A stretch of DNA of 61,714 nt, taken from a bacterium. Its GTDB lineage: Bacteria > Armatimonadota > Chthonomonadetes > Chthonomonadales > CAJBBX01. This document shows, piece after piece, positions 26,206 to 37,800 of the stretch. Position 1 is the stretch's first letter; each line of letters begins with the position of its first letter. Under the pieces are notes generated by a model, which searched no databases, was not told where the DNA came from, and saw only the letters and a program-made list of their open reading frames with translations. The stretch lies in NCBI GenBank assembly GCA_021811565.1, contig JAJZOL010000147.1, positions 1-61,714 on the forward strand. The letters run 5' to 3'. The position numbers and the translations under genes were made by a program.

Positions 26206-28327
26206 GGCGCCGGTTATCACATTCATCGCATTTTTCGCCATGCTTCTAGCCGAACCATCATTCGCGATTGACAGGGTGATCATACAATACGCCCCAAATC
26301 ACGCTGTCAACATCTTTTCACCCAATAAAGCCTTGGGTGCCGCATTGGACGGTCAGGACGAGGGGGAAGTTTCCAGAATGCTCTCCCCCTACAATATAAG
26401 GCGGATGCTTGAAGCAGGTTTTCATACCGTCAGCTACAGGTTAAGAACGGAACTGGCGGTCGAGGCATGGCATTGGAATCCAATCGGAAAATGGAGCGAT
26501 CCCAGGCATCATCAGGGATACTGGACATCCTCCGCCGATCCGCACGGGTTTATCGATGTTTGCTGGGGATACCGTCTCCCTCGAAGGGGCGACACGTTTG
26601 ATCAAGCCAATAACGACGGATATTCGCGAATAGACGATGGCGATATTGGTTCTTTTTGGAAGAGCGATCCCTATCTCGACCGTTATTTCACCCATGAAAG
26701 CAACTCCCTGCACCCTCAGACGGTTGTGATCGACTTTGGGGAGAAGAAACCAATCGACGCCATTCGCATTCGATGGGGCGAGCCATGGGCGACGGAGTAC
26801 TCCGTGCAATATTGGAGCGGAGATGACAGCGTAGCGACCGTCGAACACCCGATTGGGGAATGGTGCGTTTTCCGACATGGGGACATCCACCACAGCCATG
26901 GCGGGGACGTTTTTATCCATCTCACCCCCGAACCGATCCGAGCTCGTTTCATCCGAATACGGATGACGGAGAGCTCACATACGGCGCCGAAAAGGTCTAA
27001 GGATATCCGGGATCGACTAGGTTATGCGATACGGGAGATATACATTGGAGAGATCAAAAAAGGCACATTCCATGACCTCGTCAAACACGATGTCAATAAC
27101 CAAAAGCAGACTGTGATATATGTCTCTTCCACGGATCCGTGGCATAGGGAAAAGGATAGGGACAAACATACCGAACAACCCGGTTTCGACCGTATTTTCC
27201 ACTCAGGTCTCACTGGCGGGACCCCGATGATGCTTCCCGTTCCCCTGTTATATGACACTCCGAATAACTCATTGGCGGAACTCAGGTATTTGAAAGCGAA
27301 GGGATACCGTTTCGGACCCATTGAGATGGGCGAAGAACCGGATGGTCAATACGTTACTCCGGAGGATTACGCTGCTCTATACGTTCAATGGAGTCGGATT
27401 ATAAAAAAGGAGTTTCCCTCCCTGAAACTAGGTGGTCCCTGTTTCCAAACCACGGAGGTTGATGACGCCGCATGGCCCCATGATATATGGAGAAAACCCT
27501 GGTACGTTCGCTTTTTGTCATATCTAAGAAATCATCACGTTCTTAAGTATTACCAGTTTTTCTCGTTTGAATGGTACCCGTTTGATGAGACACGAGTGGA
27601 TTCCGCTCCGCAACTCGCATTTGAGCCCTCTCTGCTCTACGGGGTGATTACGCGCTTGAGGCAACAGGGGTTATCGAACGCAATTCCATGGTACATCACG
27701 GAATACGGCTATTCAGCGTTTTCCGGCAAACCCGAGGTGAAAATTCAAGGGGCGTTGATGAATGCGGATATCGTGGGACAGTTCTTAACCCTTGGCGGCA
27801 AACGTACATATCTCTACGGTTACGAACCGAACTCCCTCATTGAGGAGTCTCCGGGAGCTTGGGGAAACAATATGCTCATCGAGGCGGATGAGGAAGGTAA
27901 GGCGAAATACAATCTGGCTACCTTTTGGGGTGCCTGGCTGCTAACTCATCAATGGACTTTCCCTGATTCAAAAAATAAGCTGTTTTATGCGAGTTCCAAT
28001 ATCTTAAATACGGAAGGACAGAAAGTCGTAACCGCTTATCCGCTGCTTCGCAACGACGGAGAATGGTCCGTTTTACTTATCAATAAGGATCCATCCAATG
28101 AGCATGCAATTCAACTGGAACTGCTGAATCAAGCAAACAAACACATCGCCAAACCGAAAGGACGGTGGGTTGTTTACAGCTTTTCGCGGGAACAATACCA
28201 TTGGAAGGAGGATGGTTCAAACGGGCGCCCAATTGAAAGCCATCCCCCTATTCAAAGCTACGTCAACCAACCTGAAACCCTTACTTTACCGCCATATTCC
28301 CTTGTGGTGGCGAGAGGAAAGTTTTAA
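26195..28327 (+). CDS. Secreted clan GH-A-like glycoside hydrolase with F5/8 type C (discoidin/CBM32) domain
   Basis: Signal peptide from ATG 26195; DDGD..SFW.S...VIDFG....I..IRI.W...A..Y.VQ...ARFIRI discoidin pattern; EMGEEPD and ITEYGY candidate catalytic Glu motifs. Confidence 0.7.
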   Translation: MWNKAPVITFIAFFAMLLAEPSFAIDRVIIQYAPNHAVNIFSPNKALGAALDGQDEGEVSRMLSPYNIRRMLEAGFHTVSYRLRTELAVEAWHWNPIGKWSDPRHHQGYWTSSADPHGFIDVCWGYRLPRRGDTFDQANNDGYSRIDDGDIGSFWKSDPYLDRYFTHESNSLHPQTVVIDFGEKKPIDAIRIRWGEPWATEYSVQYWSGDDSVATVEHPIGEWCVFRHGDIHHSHGGDVFIHLTPEPIRARFIRIRMTESSHTAPKRSKDIRDRLGYAIREIYIGEIKKGTFHDLVKHDVNNQKQTVIYVSSTDPWHREKDRDKHTEQPGFDRIFHSGLTGGTPMMLPVPLLYDTPNNSLAELRYLKAKGYRFGPIEMGEEPDGQYVTPEDYAALYVQWSRIIKKEFPSLKLGGPCFQTTEVDDAAWPHDIWRKPWYVRFLSYLRNHHVLKYYQFFSFEWYPFDETRVDSAPQLAFEPSLLYGVITRLRQQGLSNAIPWYITEYGYSAFSGKPEVKIQGALMNADIVGQFLTLGGKRTYLYGYEPNSLIEESPGAWGNNMLIEADEEGKAKYNLATFWGAWLLTHQWTFPDSKNKLFYASSNILNTEGQKVVTAYPLLRNDGEWSVLLINKDPSNEHAIQLELLNQANKHIAKPKGRWVVYSFSREQYHWKEDGSNGRPIESHPPIQSYVNQPETLTLPPYSLVVARGKF

Positions 28328-28334
28328 TCGTAGG

Positions 28335-30239
28335 CTATTTGATCTGTATGAAAGTAACTGAATGAGCGGGCAATTCGAGATGATCCAGCATTATAGAAGA
28401 TCGGATCGTCACAGGTTTCACCTCATCCGGCTCTCCCGGTATGTTAAGAGCCTCCAACGTTGGTCCGTCTATCCTCCATCCCGTTGAGCTTATCTTGGAG
28501 CCCATACCAACCGCGTGAATCGCCACGGTTTGCGCGGAATCAGGCGAATAGTTCACTAACGCAACGTTTATCGCTCCAGTTTTGGGATCTTTCGCCGCCA
28601 CCCCGTCCACCAACGGGGCCCCGCTCCATTTCATGGGAATTAAATCCCCCTCCATATGCTTGCGGTATAATTCGAGCACATACCCGATCGGGTTCATGGA
28701 GGCGTAATTTTTTGTGGTGTTGATAGCGCCAAGGACATTCACGGTCTGAGCCCAGTTCGCCATGGTGACATAACCTGCGGAACGGAGCAGTTCGTTCATT
28801 CCTCTCGCCACCGCGATTGCGTCTCCAAGGCAGAAAAATCCGCCATTGCCGCCCAGTCCCCATTCATCAATCGCCAAACGCACTTTTTTAGCATCCGGGG
28901 CGGCGGCGTTAAGACGTGGTTTGAAATCATTCACGATCCCGCGAATACCCTCCGCCACCTCATCGGAATATGAAATAAACCGACTTTCGTATTCAGCGGG
29001 ATTGGCAGGATTGGACGGCGCAGCGTAAAAATGCCCGCTTATTAGATTCATGTATCCGGAGCATTCCGGAAAAATCACGTCATTCCAACCCCCGGGCGCT
29101 CCAACAACGATCACCCTGATATTTGGATCAACCTTTCGCATTTCGCGAACATACTCGTTGTTACGGAGCGCGTATTGCCGAACCGGGACGTGACCAAGCT
29201 GCCAATCTCCGAACATCTCGTTGCCAATCCCCCACCAACTGACATCATACGGCGCGGGATGTCCATTTCGGGCGCGGACCGCACCCCACTTGGTATTTAC
29301 CGAACCTGTGAAATACTCCACTTCGTCCGCGGCGTTTCGCACATTGCCAAGTCCGGTGTTCACCGCCACATAAGGCTGACAGCCCACTCTTCGGCAGAAA
29401 TCCATAAATTCATCCGCGCCAAAGTCGTTATCCTCGACGTTGTTCCAGGCGCGGTCCCATCGCGGAGGACGTCGGTCCCTGGGGCCGACCCCATCCCTCC
29501 AATCGTATCCAGATACGAAATTCCCCCCTGGCCAGCGCATGATTGGAGGGTCCAACTCCTTGATTAGCTTCAGAGTGTCGGCTCGCATCCCGTCCACATT
29601 ATCGGCTGGCATAAGGGAAAGGCATCCAATCCACAGATATGTAGGATGATCCACTGTGACGTATAACGATGCATCGTTCGTGGTGGCTCCGGCGGTAAAG
29701 GAGAAATCGTACTTGTGATATTGCGACCCCACGGAATTCAGCGTGATTGTTTTCTCATTATCCACCGCATCCCCCCATTTCACGATCACGTTAACTGAGG
29801 ATGGACTTTGAATATCGGCGAGTATCGCATAGCCGACGTATTTTCTCCCCTTCACCAAGCCAACGCTATCTTGAAGGATACCAAATGGAGCGTCTCCTTT
29901 TTGCAACCATATCGCCATGCAGTGATCCCCCGCGTAAGCGCCAGCAGGATCGAGCTTCACTTCCCCGGTCACGCTTTCTGGGTTGTATATGTTCCAATAT
30001 TTCCCTGGGGGAAGAAGGAATTTTCGATCCATAAGCATCTCCGACCAAACCCCTTGCTGGATGCAATGATCCAAATGCTCGATGAATTGCCCGTAAAGCA
30101 GAGGATTTATGGGGATTTCGGATGATTTCGCTTCAATCGTCGCCTCGGGGATAGATGTTTGCGCTTGCAACCCAGGGGCGAGAATAAAAAGCGCAATGAG
30201 GATCAGACTAATCGCAGACCAGCGCGCGTAACTACGCAT
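28335..30239 (-). CDS. Alpha-L-arabinofuranosidase, GH51
   Basis: LYGQFIEH, RWPGGNF, NDFGADEF, WGIGNEM, IDEW, MANWAQTVNVL. Start at ATG 30239 after AGGAG, with signal peptide. Confidence 0.9.
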   Translation of the reverse strand: MRSYARWSAISLILIALFILAPGLQAQTSIPEATIEAKSSEIPINPLLYGQFIEHLDHCIQQGVWSEMLMDRKFLLPPGKYWNIYNPESVTGEVKLDPAGAYAGDHCMAIWLQKGDAPFGILQDSVGLVKGRKYVGYAILADIQSPSSVNVIVKWGDAVDNEKTITLNSVGSQYHKYDFSFTAGATTNDASLYVTVDHPTYLWIGCLSLMPADNVDGMRADTLKLIKELDPPIMRWPGGNFVSGYDWRDGVGPRDRRPPRWDRAWNNVEDNDFGADEFMDFCRRVGCQPYVAVNTGLGNVRNAADEVEYFTGSVNTKWGAVRARNGHPAPYDVSWWGIGNEMFGDWQLGHVPVRQYALRNNEYVREMRKVDPNIRVIVVGAPGGWNDVIFPECSGYMNLISGHFYAAPSNPANPAEYESRFISYSDEVAEGIRGIVNDFKPRLNAAAPDAKKVRLAIDEWGLGGNGGFFCLGDAIAVARGMNELLRSAGYVTMANWAQTVNVLGAINTTKNYASMNPIGYVLELYRKHMEGDLIPMKWSGAPLVDGVAAKDPKTGAINVALVNYSPDSAQTVAIHAVGMGSKISSTGWRIDGPTLEALNIPGEPDEVKPVTIRSSIMLDHLELPAHSVTFIQIK

Positions 30240-30305
30240 GAACAAACTCCTCCAATTCGCGAAGATTCTTAGTAATGCGAGCCATTGCAAAAAAAACTAT
30301 CCCTA

Positions 30306-30395
30306 GAGGTAAATGCAAAATTCAGGCATGTGGCTATTACCGCTCATATCACGTTCTGCAAAAAATACTTGGAAATCGAATTTTGCAATCACCTG
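30306..30395 (-). mobile_element. MITE-like inverted-repeat element, copy B (90 bp, inverted relative to A)
   Basis: Ends GAGGTAAATGCAAAATTC ... GAATTTTGCAATCACCTG; aligns along its length to the reverse complement of 15088-15176; flanks CCTA/CCAA. Confidence 0.65.
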
Positions 30396-30706
30396 CCAAT
30401 GTTTCGATTGTTAGAGGGATATGACAGGAAACCGATCCCATCTTTTCGCAACCAACCCGGTTACTAAAGGATACCGTCGTAAACGGTCATCTGACAAGTT
30501 GGATTATTCCCATGGAGACTCACGGCGAAAAAACGTTATGCTGAAGTATAATAGAGATTAGCCATGGGAATGCCTTCAGAGGCATCCGATTATTTCCGTT
30601 CGGGATGTGGCTCCAGTCGTCTCACTTTTGAATTCCTGTCTCATCGCGCCCAGGCCTCCCCCCATTTTATCGCCCGGCGCTCCATTAAGAACATGGGAGT
30701 ATCAAT

Positions 30707-33700
30707 ATGAGGAAGGTCCTTCTCTTTATTTGTTGCATCTTGTTTCTTCCGCAAGCAGCATTAGTTTCCGCTCAGGTATACCACAATCAGGTGAACACGC
30801 GGTTCAATACGATATCCACCGGGCCAATGCAGGCGACGATCATAGATTTGCCATCGGAAGCCTCCAAAAGTGTTCCAACTGATATCATTGCCAAAAGTAT
30901 GAACCAAATCTTTCAAAGCCGCCAATCTGCATTGAATAGAGAGATGGCGTTCCTGAAGAACTCCTTGCACACCGGCAAAACTATCACCCCTGGGGTGCCG
31001 GATATCGTTATGCTGAGACAAAATGGCAAATTGATACTCCCACCCACGGTCAAGCGGGGAACCGGTGCGAATGACATTACATTCACATTCCCTGCAGCGG
31101 GCACAACAGGGGCGTGGCCGAGCGCCACGCAGCAAAATCTTCAATCGCTCGTCAACGCGATATACCCCCAGTTAAAACTTGTTTACGGTAATCCGTCATG
31201 GAGTGGAACGGTCACCATCGTTGACGGAGATAATCTGAATCCAACCATTGACGATCGCGACGCCTTTTCGGGCGGCATTTACAATATATCCACCAATCAG
31301 ATCATTTTCGCGGAGTACAATACGTTACAGAGCGCGGTTTTGAACCTGACGCAGATGATGGCTATCGCTTTCCATGGACCCGCCTCCATATCCTACGACG
31401 CTTGGGAAAAGGGAATGGCGCGAGCCGCGACGATGATGGTGGTGCAAAATCTCATCAATTTGGGACAACTGAGTTCTAACCCGAGTGCGACTAACTATGT
31501 TGACGTCGCCGATCCACTGTGGCATGCATTAAACTATTACGATCTGTTGAACCAACCTGCTCTGGGAAATGATCGTTTTTACCCTATCTCTCTGCAAAAC
31601 ACACCCCTGGGCACAACCGGACTTGGCGGAATGCTTTACCCGCGACTGCAGATGTCGGGATCCGCATGGTTGAAGGTGGCGACAACGGATCCGAATTTCT
31701 TCAAGAATTTTAACGCCGCTTATTACACCGCATGGGCTGCAAACGCCTCAATCGCAAATAATGTTCCGCAACTAAAACAATTGGCATCCCAGGTGCTCAC
31801 AGCCGACGGCGCCCCCACCATTGAAGGGCAAAGCTTCTCCGACTGGTATCAACAGCAATATGTCCTCGACACCAGTATCTCACCCGGAACCAAGGAATAT
31901 CTGTGGAGCGTGCCATCCCGCCCCACCACATCCGACAACTACAGCATCGCCGTGGTGATTGTTTACCAAAACACCTCCTTGGACTCAAATGGAAACAGCG
32001 TTGAGACTCCATTGGCTGGAACATGCTATCCAATCTATTGGGACAACACCTACACGAACCGATTCTACTTAGGTGCCCAATATGAGAGCGTGACCATCAC
32101 GGACGGTGAGGGAACCGACTCCCCTGTATTTCCCAATACTTTGGGTGGCACCGACCCGAATGGCGTAATGCGAGTGACCATGGATTTCCCGATTAACTCC
32201 AGTGACGCCCGCCTTTACGTAGGGCCGAGAACCATGGGCACCACCGCAGCGCCGAATAATTTCTGGGGTGTCGTAGTGGGTGCGGATACAGGAACCATGC
32301 AGATCCAAACTGAGACCGGAGTGAACCAAACATTCAATGTGATACAAGGCGCATTCGGGGGCGCATTGCCCAGCGCCGCATTCTCCAGACCCGGCAGAAC
32401 CACGCTCACGTTCACAAGCTCCACAGGACAACAGACGGTACGCCAGGTGGTGACGGGATATAATGAGTTCGTACCGGTTTTCTACGTCACGGACCCCTAT
32501 ACAACCCTTACCTATCAGTTCCCCGCAGGACCCGCAATGATATCCTTCCCAATACTCCCATACGCCCCCAAGGCGGCGGACGCCCTGCTTGACCCCACAT
32601 CAGGCAATCCTCTTTTCAATAGTGGAAATTTGCTAATGGCTGAGTGGGAGCAGAATGCGACCGGCACGGACAAATACCTGCGTTATCCCTCTATGCAACC
32701 CCTGTCACCGGGGAACGGCTATTGGGAAAACTTCCCACAGCCGACATCAATTCAAATCATTGGTCGTTCCACAACCCAGGATCAAGCTTATACGATGGGC
32801 TTGCAGTATGGTTGGAATCAGGTGGGAGACCCCTACACCACCGCAATACAAGCCAGCGACCTGCTCTTCCAGAATGGCTCGAATAACATTCCGGACACAC
32901 TCGCCCAGGCATACACGGACAACTGGATCGGTCAGAACGTACCCGGAGTGGGGGTGGTTGCCTTGCTCGCGTATGATCCATCTCAGGGCTACATTCCCGC
33001 TACGACATTGGAACCATGGCAAGGGTATTGGATGCGCGTGTTGGTTTCCAGCGGATTGACCATAACCTACCCCAACCCCGTTCCGGGCGGGAAAATGGTT
33101 TCGGCGACGAAAAGCGTAACTCCCGTACCGACGGATGGATGGACTTTGCCAATGAGGTTAATCGGCTCTAACGGATTGGGGGCAACGGTATGGCTCGGGC
33201 AATCCAGCCAAGCGAACAATGGTTACAACGCGAGAATGGATATCCCCATGCCACCGCCAATTAACGGGTCGGCTCCCACCATGGTGTTGGATCCCCAAGA
33301 TTGGGGATCCAACTCGGGGCAATACCTCTCGGAAATCCATCCGATCAATTCGCCCTCCGTATGGAATATCACCGTCCAAACTCCAACGCCAAATACGAAT
33401 TACACATTGACGTGGTCTGGCATCACCAAAGTGCCGAGAACAACGCAATTGATACTGGTGGATAGAACCACAGGGACACGTCAATATCTTAATGGCTCAT
33501 CCGCATATACGTTCAATTCGGGAAACACCACCACTAGAAATTTGCAGATTATCCCGGAATTGCATAGTTTTAACGCACTGCATATCATGAATGTCAACGC
33601 CGAAGTGACCCGAGCGAGCAACCTTGCCCATATCAGTTTCATTGTCTCTTCGGATGCATCCATCACCGCAAGTATCATGGACGCCACGGGTAAAACCATC

Positions 33701-33874
33701 CGAAATCTGCAGGCAGGACGAGCCGTGACCGCAGGTACGCAAACCCTTAATTGGGATATGAAGACCAATAACGCCATATCCGTGCCATCGGGAGTCTATC
33801 TGGTTAAAATAATCGCTACCACTCCGGACGGCGAATCTGCGCGAGTGGTGCAGCCGATTCTCATCACCAGATAA
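30707..33874 (+). CDS. Large secreted protein with C-terminal FlgD Ig-like domain
   Basis: Signal peptide; GWNQVGDPY and LEPWQGYW motifs; C-terminal IMDATGKTIRNL...G.QTLNWD...VPSGVYLVKI. Confidence 0.7.
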   Translation: MRKVLLFICCILFLPQAALVSAQVYHNQVNTRFNTISTGPMQATIIDLPSEASKSVPTDIIAKSMNQIFQSRQSALNREMAFLKNSLHTGKTITPGVPDIVMLRQNGKLILPPTVKRGTGANDITFTFPAAGTTGAWPSATQQNLQSLVNAIYPQLKLVYGNPSWSGTVTIVDGDNLNPTIDDRDAFSGGIYNISTNQIIFAEYNTLQSAVLNLTQMMAIAFHGPASISYDAWEKGMARAATMMVVQNLINLGQLSSNPSATNYVDVADPLWHALNYYDLLNQPALGNDRFYPISLQNTPLGTTGLGGMLYPRLQMSGSAWLKVATTDPNFFKNFNAAYYTAWAANASIANNVPQLKQLASQVLTADGAPTIEGQSFSDWYQQQYVLDTSISPGTKEYLWSVPSRPTTSDNYSIAVVIVYQNTSLDSNGNSVETPLAGTCYPIYWDNTYTNRFYLGAQYESVTITDGEGTDSPVFPNTLGGTDPNGVMRVTMDFPINSSDARLYVGPRTMGTTAAPNNFWGVVVGADTGTMQIQTETGVNQTFNVIQGAFGGALPSAAFSRPGRTTLTFTSSTGQQTVRQVVTGYNEFVPVFYVTDPYTTLTYQFPAGPAMISFPILPYAPKAADALLDPTSGNPLFNSGNLLMAEWEQNATGTDKYLRYPSMQPLSPGNGYWENFPQPTSIQIIGRSTTQDQAYTMGLQYGWNQVGDPYTTAIQASDLLFQNGSNNIPDTLAQAYTDNWIGQNVPGVGVVALLAYDPSQGYIPATTLEPWQGYWMRVLVSSGLTITYPNPVPGGKMVSATKSVTPVPTDGWTLPMRLIGSNGLGATVWLGQSSQANNGYNARMDIPMPPPINGSAPTMVLDPQDWGSNSGQYLSEIHPINSPSVWNITVQTPTPNTNYTLTWSGITKVPRTTQLILVDRTTGTRQYLNGSSAYTFNSGNTTTRNLQIIPELHSFNALHIMNVNAEVTRASNLAHISFIVSSDASITASIMDATGKTIRNLQAGRAVTAGTQTLNWDMKTNNAISVPSGVYLVKIIATTPDGESARVVQPILITR

Positions 33875-33885
33875 GGAAACATAAA

Positions 33886-34797
33886 ATGATAAAACGATCC
33901 ATATTAACTCTACTGATCCCGTTCGCCTTGATCGCACTTTCCGGGTGCGGCGGCGGTGGAAGCGGTGCTCCGCCGGCGACCGTCACCGGAACCGTGTATA
34001 TAATCTCCACGACTGGAGGAGGCATTGCACCTAACCCACCAGCCACGGTTTCCATCGGCGGGCAATCACAACAAACGGACACCAATGGCAACTTCACGTT
34101 CCTAAGCGTTCCATCGAATTCAACTTCGATAATGGTAAGTGCCTCCGGTGCCACAACCCTGACACAAGTGCTGCCCACTCTCACTCCGAACGCAACCAAT
34201 AACTTGCAAAGCATCTATTTGACGACAACAGGAACAGGCTACACAGCGACAGCCACGGGGACCGTCGTGGATGTGAACACATTGAAGCCCATATCGGGAG
34301 CAACGGTCATTTTAAACGGACTGTTCGCAACGACCAACGCCAGCGGGCAATTCACGATTTCAGGATTGCCGGTCGGTTTGGGCGGAACAAACTCCCCCGT
34401 TGGCTTGGTGACCGCAACGGGATATGATAATTTGCCATTGGTTTTGAGCTTGCCGTTAGGGGATTCCACGCCTCCCAACCAAGTTAATGATCTTGGAAAT
34501 ATCGCGCTCGCCCCGCCTGTAAGCGGTACACCTCCCACAGTGCCATCGGATATTAACGGAAAAGTGACGCTGCAAGGCATGGCGACATTTGCGGGAGTCA
34601 CGGTCTCGCTCCTAAATAGCTCCGGAACGGTGATTTCTCAAACAACCACCGCTTCGGATGGAAGCTACGGTTTTTGGGTTGCCACTGGAGCTTACACATT
34701 GCAGTTCACCTATTCCAGTTATCAGCCCCAATCCCAACCCGTAACTCTGACGCATACGGACCAGCCTGTTACGGTAAATGTCACATTGGTTCAATAA
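33886..34797 (+). CDS. Lipoprotein with three carboxypeptidase-regulatory-like beta-sandwich repeats
   Basis: Lipobox LSGC then GGGG; repeats TDTNGNFTF, TNASGQFTISGLP, TASDGSYGF. Confidence 0.8.
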   Translation: MIKRSILTLLIPFALIALSGCGGGGSGAPPATVTGTVYIISTTGGGIAPNPPATVSIGGQSQQTDTNGNFTFLSVPSNSTSIMVSASGATTLTQVLPTLTPNATNNLQSIYLTTTGTGYTATATGTVVDVNTLKPISGATVILNGLFATTNASGQFTISGLPVGLGGTNSPVGLVTATGYDNLPLVLSLPLGDSTPPNQVNDLGNIALAPPVSGTPPTVPSDINGKVTLQGMATFAGVTVSLLNSSGTVISQTTTASDGSYGFWVATGAYTLQFTYSSYQPQSQPVTLTHTDQPVTVNVTLVQ

Positions 34798-34842
34798 CAA
34801 AAACTTGGGGTTTGGTAAATGCATACCTGAATGGAATAGGCT

Positions 34843-37800
34843 ATGGCTTCCACCATTAGGGAACGGTATATGAGAACTCATAATAAAGGGACACGGCATG
34901 CCGTGTCCCTTGTATCCGTATTGGCGGTCGCATTTTTAATTGGGATTCCATATCATCGGGCTATCGCGAAAAAAACCATATCAATATCCTTCACCCCAAA
35001 CACCCCAGCCGAGAAACCGTTCCTTAGGGGATCAAATCGGGGAATGGAAATGGATGTTCACGGAGTCAAATGGCGTTTCGCGGATGGAAAGGCGTATTTC
35101 ACTTATCGTTTTTCCAGACCCGGCGCTCAATACGCCTTGCTCACCATGGATATGAGCGGGGAATATCTCGTGAAGGCGAGTTCGGACGGAATTAACTGGA
35201 ACACCATCCTATCCAGTCACCTTACTGGCAATGTCGATCATTACAACAGAGGGTATTATCAGGCGAACCTGCTTCCGTTTTTTCGTCAGAGTCCTATCGT
35301 ATACGTGCGATTTCTAGACAACGATCCGAGCGGAGGATGGGGTCCAAGCCTCTATCATCTCACTTTGGATTTCGCCCCGGGCATGCACCCGCTCCCGTTA
35401 CCAAGCCGAGAGTTCGCGACGCTGAGGATTTCGGCGTCAGGCTGGGGACAATCACTGGATCAAAGTATCGCGCATTTATCGTTCAATTCAAACTGGCTGG
35501 AAAGGGAGTCCTTTATTCGCAATGGAACACCGCTCAAGCAGGGAGAGATGAAATATAGAATAACGCATCCGCTTTCGTTTGACCTGAAAACTCTATTGCA
35601 CGATACGGATGTAGTCTGGTTGGATGCGGGGTCATCTCATGACGCGTTGAAGAGGGGCGCTGAGGCGATCGCTCAATTCGTTCAACTTGGTGGCGCACTG
35701 GTGGTGTGTGGCTCATGGGAGACCTATGGAGGGAATGCGGGAGGAGGATTTGCAGACACCCCCCTCGCTTCCATATTGCCGGTGAAAATAATCTCCAGTC
35801 CTGACACTGACGACAATCAGTGCAAATTGGAAATTGTCCATAACACCCCGTTTTTCAAAAGGGTTTTTTGGAATGGATGCCCTCGATTTCATGGACACAA
35901 TCGTGTGGAATTGCGCAAAGGCGCTCATTTGATCGCTCGATGGGACGACGGCGATCCGGCAATGGCTTGGTGGAACTACGGAAAAGGCAGAGTATTTTGC
36001 TTCACCTCGACCCCTGATGGCGGGTGGGGAGCGAACGTACGCAAGGATTGGAGCGTTCCTTACGGACGATTTGTGCGGCAACTGCTTCAATGGATTGTTA
36101 AAGGTTTACCGTTTCAACTCTCCCAAACACAGCGCATTGCGATGAAAACACCTCTCAACCTCAAGGATAGTTGGCAAACACTTTATCACATTTGGCGATC
36201 CATGCCGGCAAAAGGAGAGATCAATCTGGAAGATGCTCGGCTGCGACTTGCATTTGATCTCACCGGCGCATCTCGATTAATGAGAAGCGGATGGTATTAC
36301 GCTTGGACACGAAAAGCCGCGTTTGGCAGACTTTGGAACGGAGTCAAGAGCTGGGATTACCTCCCTGGTTACAATGATATCCCCCCCGCAAACGCAACCC
36401 CGACGCCATTCACGCCGCAACTCGGATATCGATTGGAGATGGCTGCAATATCCGCAGTGAAATTCGCGAAATTGAGCCATTCCATCCATGCCTTGGAACA
36501 GGCAACGAAAATCAGATCTCAACTCGCAAAGTATCTCAATCAATCCTCTTGGAAACCGGTACCTATGCCGATGAATTGGGCTGGGAAACAAATGGATCAA
36601 TTCCTTCCAGGAGATAGTTTGTTTGAACAAGAGCCTGACTGGGTCATACAGTGCGGGGATTTAAATAACGGCCGTTCGCCTCAATATATGCGCTGGGATA
36701 TCTCCCGCCAAACGAAGGAGATATTGCAAACAGCACAGCGCGTTCCGGTTACCACTAACTATATCGACGGCATGACAACAAGTTGGGGCGAATCGGGAAA
36801 AACTACGAAGGTGATTGGCTCCCCGCAATCTCCCTTTGATTTAAAGGAATCCTTTTTCACCACGGCTAGCACTTGGTTCGACGAACCTCTTCCATATATG
36901 ACCTATTTTCAGGAATTCCGAAAGGGTGAAATTGTCATTAGCCGTCATTTCACGCTTGTTTGGGGGTCACCGGCGTTAGCGGAGATAGTCAGAATTGAGA
37001 ATGATGGGAAAACCGCGCTGCCTCCGTCCAGACTGGTGACAAATGTCTTTCCTGTGTCCGGTCGATACTTGTCGCTGCTGGATATAAACGGGAATCAAGC
37101 GATATCTTCGAAAAAAGGGATGATTCTCACACAGGAAATTGCACCGATACACCCAGGCGAATCGGAATGGAGAACGGTGTTGACGGTATTGGGAACAGAC
37201 AAGGCCTCCTTGAACCATAACGTAGATATTTCACTCAACTGGTGCCGAATTCATTTGCCGATCCCCGGACTGCCGCCAGTCACTTGGAAACTCGCCGCGC
37301 CAGCCAGGAACAATCCCACTCCGTCAATCAGCAAGGTGGGGATGTGGATCCATTCAATCAATGGTTTTTTCCACTATTTGGAGGGAGCCTTGCTAACACC
37401 GAAGGGAACCTATCGGGAGGTTTTCAACCAGCGAAGTTTATGGACGGATTGTGACCTTGCCAATGTGTCTCGCGGACTGGCAATTTACGCTCTTACCACC
37501 GGAAACGATGCGGCACGGAAGCGCACTCGAACTCTGTTGGAATATATGATGAGTTGTCAAGCTCCCAGCGGAGCGTTTTTCTCGCGGCGAGTGTTGGATG
37601 CGGATGGCCACGCCCGCGCCTACTCCCTTTCAAATTGGTGTTGCAGCGTGGCTCAATGCACCTATCCCCTCACACTGGGGTATCGTCTATTCGCAACCAG
37701 CGATCCAGTATTCGCAAAGCGCTGTTTGAACGCCTCGCAACGTGCCGGGGGGTGGCTTATACGTGACACGGATACCGACGGCTCCTTATTTGCCGACGAT

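Noticed and set aside
30553-30706. Short hairpins in the leader of the FlgD-Ig gene
   Set aside because: Short stems with no recognisable riboswitch consensus; too little support.
33886-34797. SGAT motifs as ApbE flavinylation sites (also TSGAT in 13565-15013)
   Set aside because: No FMN-binding domain context; PISGATV is a normal strand motif of these beta-sandwich repeats.
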